Part shown: positions 9,682 through 17,746 of the stretch, piece by piece
How positions within the stretch are numbered: the first letter of the stretch is position 1
Layout: each line of letters starts with the position of its first letter
Virus record (IMG/VR): IMGVR_UViG_3300010370_000047
Coordinates: 1-55,348 of that record
From: a virus
Taxonomy: Duplodnaviria; Caudoviricetes
Reading direction: 5' to 3' (one strand)
Length of the DNA stretch: 55,348 nt
Position numbers and translations under genes: made by a program
The notes under the pieces: generated by a model
Seen by the model: only the letters and a program-made list of their open reading frames with translations
Database searches by the model: none
Told to the model about the DNA's origin: nothing

Positions 9682-9957
9682 ATGATTAGGGAGAGTCGAA
9701 TGAGTCTAGTGACCATCCGGATAGCTGGTGAAATTTTTAAAGGATACAATTCTCCAAAGCGTGATGTACAGAGTGGTAAGGAATATTCTGTAGCAGCTAA
9801 AGAAGGTGATGAGGTTCGCCTTGTTCGCTTCGGTGACCCTAATATGGAAAATCGGAGTGATGACCCAGCACGGCGAGCTGCTTTTCGTTCCAGGCATAGT
9901 TGCGACGAGAAGAAGAGCAAGCTGACTCCCGGCTACTGGAGCTGTAAAAACTGGTAA
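9682..9957 (+). CDS. Small basic phage protein (LVRFGDPNM / YWSCKNW family)
   Basis: LVRFGDPNM...RRAAFRSRHSC...GYWSCKNW is a widespread phage small-protein motif (recalled as DUF6321, unverified). The start may be ATG 9700. Confidence 0.65.
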   Translation: MIRESRMSLVTIRIAGEIFKGYNSPKRDVQSGKEYSVAAKEGDEVRLVRFGDPNMENRSDDPARRAAFRSRHSCDEKKSKLTPGYWSCKNW

Positions 9958-10033
9958 TATAGTGTTAATATATGCGCTATATGCTCTTTTAATTTTTACG
10001 GTTTAAAGCGGCTAAGCTAGGTGTAACCGCTTT

Positions 10034-10303
10034 ATGGTCGTGGGCCGCCGTAAGCATCAGAGTCTGTCCGATATCAACTGCGGATTGACGCTAGAGGACG
10101 AGTTCGTTCTGACCCGTATTCGAGCTAAGGCTCATTCGCTTACCGACCCGAAGGACCGCGACCAGTATTTATGGACAACTGTTTTCAAACTAATCTGCCG
10201 TGAACGAGCGTTTAAAACAGTTATGAGCGAATGTGGGATTGCTGTAGAAACAAACATGAATTTGTTTGGCCCAGAGGAATCTACCGAAAACTCTGAAAGC
10301 TAA
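10034..10303 (+). CDS. nblA: NblA-like phycobilisome degradation adaptor, copy 1
   Basis: LTLEDEFVL...RDQYL...KLICRERAFKTVM aligns by eye to the NblA pattern LSLEQxF...EQA..L...QM..RE..Y..L. Confidence 0.5.
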   Translation: MVVGRRKHQSLSDINCGLTLEDEFVLTRIRAKAHSLTDPKDRDQYLWTTVFKLICRERAFKTVMSECGIAVETNMNLFGPEESTENSES

Positions 10304-10334
10304 AATTAAATAAATTGGTCTTACTGGTATAAAC

Positions 10335-11663
10335 ATGGCTGCTACCGACTATCGCTTAATAGCGCGTCAGAAAGCAGCCCAGTATGGTCTGATTCCTGAA
10401 GTTTTCGAGCGTCAGATACAAGCAGAGTCCGGCTTTAACCCGACAGCAGTTTCAGAGGCAGGGGCTATCGGTATTGCCCAAATAATGCCATCAACGGCAA
10501 AAGGTTGGGGGGTGGATCCACGTAATCCCGTCGCAGCCTTGGATGCTGCTGCCAAGAATATGGCGGCGTATATTAAAACGTATGGCGGCTTGGGTGTAGA
10601 TGATCCCGTAAAAGTACGATCTGCTTATGAGAAAGCTCTTCAGGCGTATAATGCAGGGCCTGGAAGTGTTGGTAAATACCTACCAAGCGAGACTAAGAAT
10701 TATATAAACAAAATTATTGGCCCCGATAAATTTAGTTTTACAGAAGCTCTAGCATCCGGTGCTGGTTCTGGTGGTTCGGTAACCGGCGAAACTCCAGAGG
10801 TCACTCCTGTGAGTCTCCCTCGCAGAGACTTCAGGAGCCTCATGCAGAGTGTTACGGAGGATTACTTAAAACGTTCTCTCGCTGAAAGTTCTGCGGCTGT
10901 CAGTTCACCAGAAGCAGACGCTTATTTAAAAGCTGCCGCTGAGTTACAAGACAGCTCTAATCCCGATGAGCAGATGCTTGCGGAAGAGTATTTAACGAAA
11001 GCTACGCAAATTCAAACCGAAAAAGCATTCAGTTCCGGATTCAATCCAATGGAACTCGCTAGCAAAATTGCTCAGACAGGTTTCGAAACTGAAGCATTTA
11101 ATAAAAAACAAGCCGAACTTGAACAGTATTTAAATACGGCAATAGGCGCTACACAAGCAGCAGATACTACAGATACAAGCAATTTACCCAGTGCAGGTAA
11201 AGGTGTTGCGTATAAAGGTGCCGTAATCACCTCGGCCAAAGACACAACAGGTGAGCCTGGCTTTGATTTTGTTATACCCGGCGGGCGTGGAGCAGCCTTC
11301 CGTGCTCCCTTTAATGCCCAGGTTGTTAAAGTCGTCGGCGATCAGAACTGGGAAACTAATCTGGAAAAAGGACCCGGCAAACGCGGTTATGGGAATTATG
11401 TCGATCTTCGATTTAAAACACCGGGAGGAACCTATGCCGATGTTCGCTTAGCCCACTTCGATAAAGTAAATCCGCAGTTAAAACCCGGAGCTGTAATAGG
11501 GCCTGGAACTTTTATAGGTACTCAGGGTCGGACGGGCTCAACCACGGGGGCGCATATTTCATGGGATATGTACGATCCGGGAAAAAATTCGACGAGTCCA
11601 GAAGTTCTTAAGTACCGTGATATTTTTGTCGATAGAATACGCAAAGGACAACCGTTACTCTGA
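10335..11663 (+). CDS. Lytic transglycosylase (SLT) fused to an M23-like domain; virion-associated peptidoglycan hydrolase
   Basis: SLT motifs IQAESGFN, GAIGIAQIMP and AYNAGPG. The C-terminal GYGNYV, LAHF, IGTQGRTGSTTGAH segment indicates an M23/LytM fold. Confidence 0.8.
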   Translation: MAATDYRLIARQKAAQYGLIPEVFERQIQAESGFNPTAVSEAGAIGIAQIMPSTAKGWGVDPRNPVAALDAAAKNMAAYIKTYGGLGVDDPVKVRSAYEKALQAYNAGPGSVGKYLPSETKNYINKIIGPDKFSFTEALASGAGSGGSVTGETPEVTPVSLPRRDFRSLMQSVTEDYLKRSLAESSAAVSSPEADAYLKAAAELQDSSNPDEQMLAEEYLTKATQIQTEKAFSSGFNPMELASKIAQTGFETEAFNKKQAELEQYLNTAIGATQAADTTDTSNLPSAGKGVAYKGAVITSAKDTTGEPGFDFVIPGGRGAAFRAPFNAQVVKVVGDQNWETNLEKGPGKRGYGNYVDLRFKTPGGTYADVRLAHFDKVNPQLKPGAVIGPGTFIGTQGRTGSTTGAHISWDMYDPGKNSTSPEVLKYRDIFVDRIRKGQPLL

Positions 11664-12199
11664 TGGGTCAATCACCTGCCCAAAAGGCTGCTGAGGCAGC
11701 TAAAAGCGCTGTGGAGGATGCCCTGCGACAGCAAAAACAATTAGTTAATCAATTACAAAACCGTACTAAAAGCTATACGAATAAATATGAAAGAACACTG
11801 GAGGATTTAAGCAATCTTACAGGCACGACAGCACAAGATTATATTCCTGGTGTAACTAAACAATTTTATGAGACTTTAGGCGGTGTTCGGGGTGAGTTTC
11901 AACCTAAGCTTGAAGATTTCCAGCCGGACCTTTTAAGTTCGTCCAGTTACGCCGGTTTAGCTGGACAACTTTTAGGTATGTCTTCAGAATATGAGAAAGG
12001 AATGAGCGCTGTTTCTGACGATATGAGTAAGCGCCTTTGGTCTACTTTGGAAGCACCTCAAGCATCCTTTACTGCTTCTTCGCTAAATCCAGCATTTGAA
12101 AACTTACTTAATCCTCAATATATGGCGTTAGCTACACGTCCTCCGACAGTTAAGAGTGACGTAGATTCTATGATGTACCTCACTAAATATAATGTTTAA
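11663..12199 (+). CDS. Hypothetical coiled-coil protein
   Basis: TGATG coupling to the upstream gene, helical N-terminus. Confidence 0.55.
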   Translation: MGQSPAQKAAEAAKSAVEDALRQQKQLVNQLQNRTKSYTNKYERTLEDLSNLTGTTAQDYIPGVTKQFYETLGGVRGEFQPKLEDFQPDLLSSSSYAGLAGQLLGMSSEYEKGMSAVSDDMSKRLWSTLEAPQASFTASSLNPAFENLLNPQYMALATRPPTVKSDVDSMMYLTKYNV

Positions 12200-12506
12200 C
12201 AAATGGAAGGCATCTAAACATGAGCGGAAGGTTGAGTTCCATGCTGATGCCCCTTCCGCTAAATATGACTATAAATACCGACAGCGCCGTGATATACGAC
12301 TAGCCGGTTCCGTGTGGGCGGAAAGTCCAGCAGACCGATCCTTCCGCCTAGCACGATCGCGAAGGTTTGATCGTATGCGCGGCGGTCCTGTCGGGTTAGG
12401 ATTCGGTGAACGTGATACTTACGGGCCCGATAACGATTATGGAACTGTAGAAAGTATTAAACAAATACCCGACCAAGGTTACTATAGAGAGAACAGAATT
12501 CAGTAA
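12192..12506 (+). CDS. Hypothetical basic protein
   Basis: 104 aa, overlaps the upstream stop, and overlaps 12457-13035 convergently. Confidence 0.5.
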   Translation: MFNKWKASKHERKVEFHADAPSAKYDYKYRQRRDIRLAGSVWAESPADRSFRLARSRRFDRMRGGPVGLGFGERDTYGPDNDYGTVESIKQIPDQGYYRENRIQ

Positions 12507-13035
12507 TTCTCTCTTCTGTATTATGTACGGACGGTAAGTAATACACAAAACCATAGCATCTAGTTTTAGGTATAGGAGTTAAATCGACGTTATCTATAAA
12601 TAATTTTGGATGTTCTTTTAACACACACAAAGGAAGATCTATGCCTATTTTTTGTGTCGTAATAAGCGCTACTTCACTTGAAGTTAAAAAAATAATACCT
12701 TCATCAAATTCTTGATGGAGGTATTTTCTATAGGCTTCTTCTAACCAGATGCGTTGAGCGGATTTCTGAAATCTCTTTCGTCTGTGATACAAAAGAGGGT
12801 CCGGGGGTTGCTCCCAACTTGTCAGAAAATCTCGCGGTGGGTATAGATAAATGTTTTTAGCTTTCCATTTTTGATTTAAGCCGTTGTCTTTGTGTGTGTA
12901 GTACCTATTAGCACTTACGATCGTATTTGCATGTTTACTCGAAGCCGGATCTAGGTCTATTGTTCCTCCGAAGAAAGTCGCTGTTATTGCAGCAACATCT
13001 ACTGGAGAAACAAAGTCATAGGTTGCTAGTGGCAT
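12457..13035 (-). CDS. Phage N6-adenine DNA methyltransferase-like protein with degenerate motif IV
   Basis: IDLDPASS..AN...A.RYYT..DNGL.Q.W is the phage Dam-like N-terminus. The expected NPPY reads YPPR. Confidence 0.65.
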   Translation of the reverse strand: MPLATYDFVSPVDVAAITATFFGGTIDLDPASSKHANTIVSANRYYTHKDNGLNQKWKAKNIYLYPPRDFLTSWEQPPDPLLYHRRKRFQKSAQRIWLEEAYRKYLHQEFDEGIIFLTSSEVALITTQKIGIDLPLCVLKEHPKLFIDNVDLTPIPKTRCYGFVYYLPSVHNTEERITEFCSLYSNLGRVFV

Positions 13036-13441
13036 CTTCTAACCTTTTCGCGAGCATATCTTCCGCTAAATTTAAATCTATTACATGCACACTCATCCCT
13101 GATTGGTCAGTCATGACGACAACTGGGGAGTCGTTTTCCTGTTCTTTCTGGATTAAGTTTGTTAGTTTTTTAAAAAATGTAGCTAATTCTGCATTCATTA
13201 GCTCCTCAGCTAATGCCATGTCTTTATGGATATCTGAGAGTGTTAAATACTGGGACTCATCTGGTCGCTGTGGGTGAAAAAAGAGAGCACCAAGTCCCTC
13301 TGTATTACGAAATTCTGTGTACAGCGTAACTATATCGCCGATAATCATTTTCACAGCATTCATAGAGATTCTGTTCTGAACCTCTGATTTGCTGAAAAGA
13401 CTCTTAGCTAAACGCTTTGCTTTTTGATCGAAATCAGGCAT
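13016..13441 (-). CDS. Hypothetical protein
   Basis: ATG 13441 (MPDFDQK) overlaps the upstream stop. Confidence 0.6.
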   Translation of the reverse strand: MPDFDQKAKRLAKSLFSKSEVQNRISMNAVKMIIGDIVTLYTEFRNTEGLGALFFHPQRPDESQYLTLSDIHKDMALAEELMNAELATFFKKLTNLIQKEQENDSPVVVMTDQSGMSVHVIDLNLAEDMLAKRLEDATSNL

Positions 13442-13760
13442 CTTGATAACCAGTGAAGTTTTTCCAGGCGTCAGAAAGAACTCTAGTCGAATCAAATAAA
13501 AAATTCGAGATGTTGTTTTCCGAAGGATCTAGTTTGCAATAATGTCTTCCTTCCACTAAGCCTGATGTGCCTCCTGAAGTTAAACCTTGGTATACTAATT
13601 TGTCTATTACTACAGGTTGCACCCCTAACCTCGCTGCGACGGCTTTCTTAGATATAAAAGCTGTAGTTACATTACCTGTTTTTGTGTTGGCGAGAATCTG
13701 AAGCGATGTGTCGATGCTCCGAATAATGTCGAGCAACTCTTTTGAAACAACTAAATCCAT
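13434..13760 (-). CDS. HTH-like DNA-binding protein
   Basis: FISKKAVAARLGVQPVVIDKLV...LVEGRHY resembles an excisionase-like HTH. ATG at 13760. Confidence 0.55.
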   Translation of the reverse strand: MDLVVSKELLDIIRSIDTSLQILANTKTGNVTTAFISKKAVAARLGVQPVVIDKLVYQGLTSGGTSGLVEGRHYCKLDPSENNISNFLFDSTRVLSDAWKNFTGYQDA

Positions 13761-13771
13761 AAGAAATTGAA

Positions 13772-13891
13772 GTGAGGCCGCCAACTCCCCAGGTACCTGG
13801 CAAGTCGGTTCGCTTACGGGCCGCCGGAAACGAGAAAAACGACAGCCACCTCACAGTACCACCGTTTCGCTCGTTCTTGCCCACGGTGACC
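13772..13891 (-). ncRNA. Candidate structured RNA (~120 nt; 5' hairpin plus three-way junction, loop-loop complementarity)
   Basis: Four helices of 7-11 bp whose non-Watson-Crick pairs are mostly G-U on the minus strand. A TAGACT -10 box at 13902-13897 places +1 at the first helix. Confidence 0.65.
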
Positions 13892-13899
13892 TTAAAAGT

Positions 13900-14322
13900 C
13901 TAAGGTTCTCTTAGCCATTGTGTATCAGACAAATCTTTTACAGATGTTAATTTTTTGTTTAGCCCTACCCTTGTTTTTTTCGTTATAGATGGTGTTTCAA
14001 ATCGAGAGACGTGGTGACACGGGTTTACGCAACCTATGGTTCCACATATTCGTTTTAGAGTGTAATTTCCGATATCCGCTTTAAAAAAGCCATAATATAC
14101 ATTTTCTATCTTCATTTTATTTCCGTTTACCCTCAAAGTTTTGTACCCAGATTTCCAGCATTTATGGAGATCTGTCTCTTGAACTGTTATTTGTGTGAGT
14201 AGGGCTCTTAGTTCAGGTTCTAGCTTATTTAAATCGGGAAAGAAAACAGGATCATCTATAGTTAATAGACAATCCTGACATACTGTTTGAGTTTTTTTGT
14301 GTGTTCTGTCGCGTAAACACAT
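13900..14322 (-). CDS. HNH (Zn-binding loop)-like protein lacking the catalytic His
   Basis: CWKSG...RICGTIGCVNPCHH versus canonical CW.W.G...HR...H.CDN..C.NP.HL. Confidence 0.55.
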   Translation of the reverse strand: MCLRDRTHKKTQTVCQDCLLTIDDPVFFPDLNKLEPELRALLTQITVQETDLHKCWKSGYKTLRVNGNKMKIENVYYGFFKADIGNYTLKRICGTIGCVNPCHHVSRFETPSITKKTRVGLNKKLTSVKDLSDTQWLREP

Positions 14323-14741
14323 CAGACAAGAGCTTCTAGCTGAGTAATAAAATCAGCCGGTTCTTCGATTAATAGATTAATTAAAGCATCCACTTTATGG
14401 GAAAGTTTGTCTTCACCTTCCTTTCGTTCATTTAAGAGCAGCCAGTAACTATACGCATTCAATAAATACATGTGTGTTTGTTTAGCTCGAAGAGCTTGCG
14501 TCCTCCATTTCTCGTACTCGTGGCTTGACTGATGTCGACTACTACCCGTCTTTAATTCGAGTTCCCGAATTTCAATTTGAAGCTCAATATCTTTAATTGT
14601 GTACTCGATAGACGATATTCGTGCCCTGCACTCGCTGATCGATGCAGGCTGCTGGTTATCGCTATAGATCCATACGGGAAGATTATCGATAATGTACTCT
14701 TTATCCCAAAGACAGGGCTTGGTTTCGGGAGTAAAAGTCAT
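14322..14741 (-). CDS. Hypothetical coiled-coil protein
   Basis: 139 aa, coupled to both neighbours. Confidence 0.6.
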   Translation of the reverse strand: MTFTPETKPCLWDKEYIIDNLPVWIYSDNQQPASISECRARISSIEYTIKDIELQIEIRELELKTGSSRHQSSHEYEKWRTQALRAKQTHMYLLNAYSYWLLLNERKEGEDKLSHKVDALINLLIEEPADFITQLEALV

Positions 14742-15070
14742 AAACTAAGGGTGTCTCTAATGAGTTTGTTAAAATTACCGTTAAGTACGTAAAGAGTGTG
14801 ACTCTCAAAAGAGATCTTTTTAACTAGATCCATTTTTATGAGTTGTTTGAGAGCCCGGAGAAGGCTGTCTTTTGGTAAATACAGCTCACTCCGTATCTCC
14901 TTAGTCGATAACGGCTGCCTGAAGGTTAGCAGCTGAACTAGATCTTCGTAAAGCCGGATTGCCGAAGCTCTTTTTTTATCAACTGAACCGTCCGTGCTGA
15001 GAACGATTTTCCGTATTTGATTTTGAGCAATCCCAAAATCGTCTGTGTGCTCGCGTTGTTGTTGCTCCAT
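14738..15070 (-). CDS. Winged-helix (MarR/TrmB-like) domain protein; start uncertain
   Basis: PLSTKEIRSELYLPKDSLLRALKQLIKMDLVKK...YVLN. The first ~44 codons overlap the upstream gene. Confidence 0.6.
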   Translation of the reverse strand: MEQQQREHTDDFGIAQNQIRKIVLSTDGSVDKKRASAIRLYEDLVQLLTFRQPLSTKEIRSELYLPKDSLLRALKQLIKMDLVKKISFESHTLYVLNGNFNKLIRDTLSL

Positions 15071-15612
15071 TGTTGGATGTCCAGTTTCATCTGTGGGCTC
15101 ACCTTACGCGCTGGGCTTTTACCTAGCATCATATGGTAAGGATTTAAACAGAATTGATCGTCGCATGTAGAAAGCACATGATCGTCGGATTTTAACTTGA
15201 CATTGAAGAAAACTTGATACACATAGCGTCTAGGACGCAGAAGCTGACCCTTCTCGGCGAACCGCTCAAGGGATTCAGGAAGATAAAGATGCTGAATCTT
15301 ATTGATGGCCTTTCGGCGACGGCGGATCCACGCTTCGACCATTTGGGTACGGGAGCGAGCGGATCGCGACTCGTGGACACAAAGAGGGCAAGCGAGCAAG
15401 CCTTGAACGGGCGACGCCTTCTCCAGGTCCTCAAGGGCTACTGGAATTGGCTCATGTCTTCCACAGGCGCAGTCGAGGACACCTCGCTGACCGAAGACCG
15501 CCAGTTCGAAGTTCCCCAGCTCTCGCCTGCCCTCAGGAGACCCCTCGGGAGGTTCGACGGTAGTGGGTTCAAGGATGCCTAGGTAAGCAGTAAGTAATAA
15601 GGATGTACTCAT
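14938..15612 (-). CDS. Zn-ribbon + degenerate HNH + HTH protein
   Basis: CACG...CPLC Zn ribbon, VLSTCDDQFCLNPYHM, and an HTH-like C-terminus. ATG 15612 follows TGcTATACT (hexamer at 15640-15635). Confidence 0.55.
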   Translation of the reverse strand: MSTSLLLTAYLGILEPTTVEPPEGSPEGRRELGNFELAVFGQRGVLDCACGRHEPIPVALEDLEKASPVQGLLACPLCVHESRSARSRTQMVEAWIRRRRKAINKIQHLYLPESLERFAEKGQLLRPRRYVYQVFFNVKLKSDDHVLSTCDDQFCLNPYHMMLGKSPARKVSPQMKLDIQQWSNNNASTQTILGLLKIKYGKSFSARTVQLIKKELRQSGFTKI

Positions 15613-15721
15613 AAACCCGTTATCGGGTGTATCCAGTATAGCAGAGCGTACACAGCGCACACAGTGCATAGCTCGTCCGTCCGGACCCCTGAAAAGGGAT
15701 TTTCTATTTAAGGAGAGTTGG

Positions 15722-15856
15722 CTTAACGGAAATTTCGCTAGGAGTCCGTGATTTTTAACTTTTTGAACTTAGGCGAATTTCTGGTTAGGCGTAATACTGT
15801 ATAAATTTATTTTAAAGTATATAACTAAGGAAACTCAGAACGAAATTCTCGTTAAG
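15722..15856. promoter_or_regulatory. Inverted 16-bp repeats flanking an AT-rich core in a divergent intergenic region (origin or operator candidate)
   Basis: CTTAACGGAAATTTCG (15722-15737) and, on the opposite strand, CTTAACGAGAATTTCG (15856-15841), 14/16 identical. AT-rich tract at ~15792-15828. Confidence 0.55.
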
Positions 15857-16010
15857 TTTGCGGCCCTGAGACCTGTTTAGTGAGTAGCAGCCGCCAGAGT
15901 AACGACGTGGAACCCGGTATCCACTAATAGATAGCACGACTAAGAGCCCTCTTGGCATTTCTTAAGCATTGCTGTTAGTATGACGGCATACAGTGTTTTA
16001 AGGATTCGGA

Positions 16011-16166
16011 ATGTCCGCTGACACGGTTCGTACCTCAGAGGTTCTAGAAGCTGACTTTTGGGCTGAGTGCCGTAGGCGTTCTGTAGAGCTAAATATTCCT
16101 GCCTGGAAACTTGCTGAGGAACTGTACCGGCACTTTGAGGTTGACTCTCGAACAAGTGACCGCTAG
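16011..16166 (+). CDS. Small protein (51 aa), not in the ORF track
   Basis: MSADTVRTSEVLEADFWAECRRRSVELNIPAWKLAEELYRHFEVDSRTSDR*, with AAGGA upstream. Confidence 0.55.
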   Translation: MSADTVRTSEVLEADFWAECRRRSVELNIPAWKLAEELYRHFEVDSRTSDR

Positions 16167-16193
16167 GGTCGATTCGCTGCGTTCTTTCTGATT

Positions 16194-16538
16194 GTGCTGA
16201 CGAAATCTCAGGTTGAGGAACGGATCTCCCGCTTTTCAGATATTTACGATATGTACTTGAGCGGGAGCACGTATTCCCAGATTGGTGCGAAATATAAAAT
16301 CTCGAAAGAGCGCGTCCGTCAAATTCTCGTTAGTTACTGCACTGCGCAGCAGTACGCGAAGGTTCGGGAACGTATTGAACGTCGCTGTTTATCGACCTAT
16401 TTGGGCAAGGAAATTATTGCTCAGTTAGAAGCAGGTCATTCGTGCAGCCAAGTCGCTAAAAATATGGGTTGCAGTTTGTCGCTAGTTAAACGAGTTTCTG
16501 CTAAGAAGAACAAAGAAAAGAATGATCAGTTAAACTGA
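16194..16538 (+). CDS. Double-HTH regulator (sigma-70 region 4-like)
   Basis: TYSQIGAKYKISKERVRQI and SCSQVAKNMGCSLSLVKRV. Confidence 0.7.
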   Translation: MLTKSQVEERISRFSDIYDMYLSGSTYSQIGAKYKISKERVRQILVSYCTAQQYAKVRERIERRCLSTYLGKEIIAQLEAGHSCSQVAKNMGCSLSLVKRVSAKKNKEKNDQLN

Positions 16539-16563
16539 CTATACGGAGGGGTTTACGTTTTAA

Positions 16564-17571
16564 ATGGCCGAACTAAACGTACCTCCCTGTCCTACACACG
16601 GTGCAATACCTCGTGCCCTTCACTCCGAAAACTTCGAGGGTATCGTCACCGTCATTGAAGAAATTATCGCAACTGTAAGCGGCGTGGGAACTACAAGCTA
16701 CTCTCGGTGCCCTTACGGTTATCCTTGGAATTTTGAAGGTGTTGTAAGGGCTCTAGAGGATTTAAATACGTCTATAAGCGGTATTCAAAGTGGGGGCGGC
16801 GGAGGAGGTTCTGCTAGCGGTATTGCTGCTGGTTCTGGTATTTATATTACTGAAAGCGGGACTTTCCAGGTCATCAATGCGACTATAAGTAGCGCGTCTG
16901 GTGTTACTTACACGGCTGGTTCCGGTTTATATCTTTCTGACGGGGGTACTCGGTTTAACGCGGATTACAGCGCAATTTTCCAGGATTCTGCTGGCTCTGG
17001 TTTATATCTTTCTGACGGCGGTATTCGTCTTAACGCTAATTACGACGCAATTTTCCAAGGTTCTGTTTCTGGGCACCTTATTCCTCAAGGTGCTGTATCT
17101 ATTACCTATAGCGGTAATACCGCTGTTATTAGTGGTACCGACACCCAAGGTGGAGGCGGTGGAGGTTCTGCTGTTGTTATTTCTGGCGAACCCGGAACCG
17201 GTTACAGCGCAGGTAGTCTCTGGTTCGACACAAACGAAGGTCGTCTCTTCGTTTATGCCTCCGGTAATGGTGTGTCCGACCCCGCGTGGTACCAGACAAA
17301 TGCCGAAGCTATCGCAAGTAAAGGCGAAGCTCCTCCTTCAGGGACTGGACTTAATGCACCCCCGCGAGACGGAAGTATCTGGTTCAGCACTCTCCTCGGT
17401 TCGCTGTTTGTTTATGACGCGACCACTTCGGGTTGGTATGAGACCGGTCCATCCAGAAGTTTTGCTTATGGACCTAGTTCACCTGCACCTAGCGCACAGG
17501 GTGCTGGTTGGTACGATAGTGCTAATAATCATCTTCGTGTTTGGGATGGCAGTAACTGGATTCAGGTCTAA
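16564..17571 (+). CDS. Fibre/collar protein with internal repeats
   Basis: Two NFEG(I/V)V repeats, Gly linkers, a 25-aa duplication, and three P...G..W(F/Y)...L.V(Y/W) modules. Confidence 0.6.
   Translation: MAELNVPPCPTHGAIPRALHSENFEGIVTVIEEIIATVSGVGTTSYSRCPYGYPWNFEGVVRALEDLNTSISGIQSGGGGGGSASGIAAGSGIYITESGTFQVINATISSASGVTYTAGSGLYLSDGGTRFNADYSAIFQDSAGSGLYLSDGGIRLNANYDAIFQGSVSGHLIPQGAVSITYSGNTAVISGTDTQGGGGGGSAVVISGEPGTGYSAGSLWFDTNEGRLFVYASGNGVSDPAWYQTNAEAIASKGEAPPSGTGLNAPPRDGSIWFSTLLGSLFVYDATTSGWYETGPSRSFAYGPSSPAPSAQGAGWYDSANNHLRVWDGSNWIQV
16915..17058 (+). repeat. 75-nt-period tandem duplication (AGSGLYLSDGG.R.NA.Y.AIFQ x2)
   Basis: 16915-16983 versus 16990-17058, sharing ggtttatatctttctgacgg and gcaattttcca. 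Confidence 0.85.
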
Positions 17572-17596
17572 GCTCTAGGCGCTGCTGCTTAGGCAC

Positions 17597-17722
17597 ATGG
17601 CCAAGCCCAAAACCACTCAACTAATCGAGCGTAAACCGAAAACCACTTCGATTGGACATAGCGTTCTTTCGCGACCCCGGCGACGCGGAAAAAAACGTTA
17701 CCGTGGACAGGGTAAAGGCTAA
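17597..17722 (+). CDS. Small basic protein (41 aa, KKRYRGQG), not in the ORF track
   Basis: MAKPKTTQLIERKPKTTSIGHSVLSRPRRRGKKRYRGQGKG*. The YRGQG ending is common in cyanophage small proteins (from memory). Confidence 0.7.
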   Translation: MAKPKTTQLIERKPKTTSIGHSVLSRPRRRGKKRYRGQGKG

Positions 17723-17746
17723 ACTATAAATAACTAGTAGGTCGAG

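Noticed and set aside
13672-13884. 70-aa ORF across the structured intergenic region
   Set aside because: No RBS or recognisable protein pattern, and it overlaps the HTH gene out of frame. The region is better explained as structured RNA.
15940-16155. 71-aa minus-strand ORF
   Set aside because: The + strand 51-aa ORF 16011-16166 has an RBS-like sequence and fits operon direction better.
16901-17578. 225-aa alternative-frame ORF in the fibre gene
   Set aside because: Leu/Val-rich shadow produced by T-ending codons of the Gly/Ser-rich real frame.
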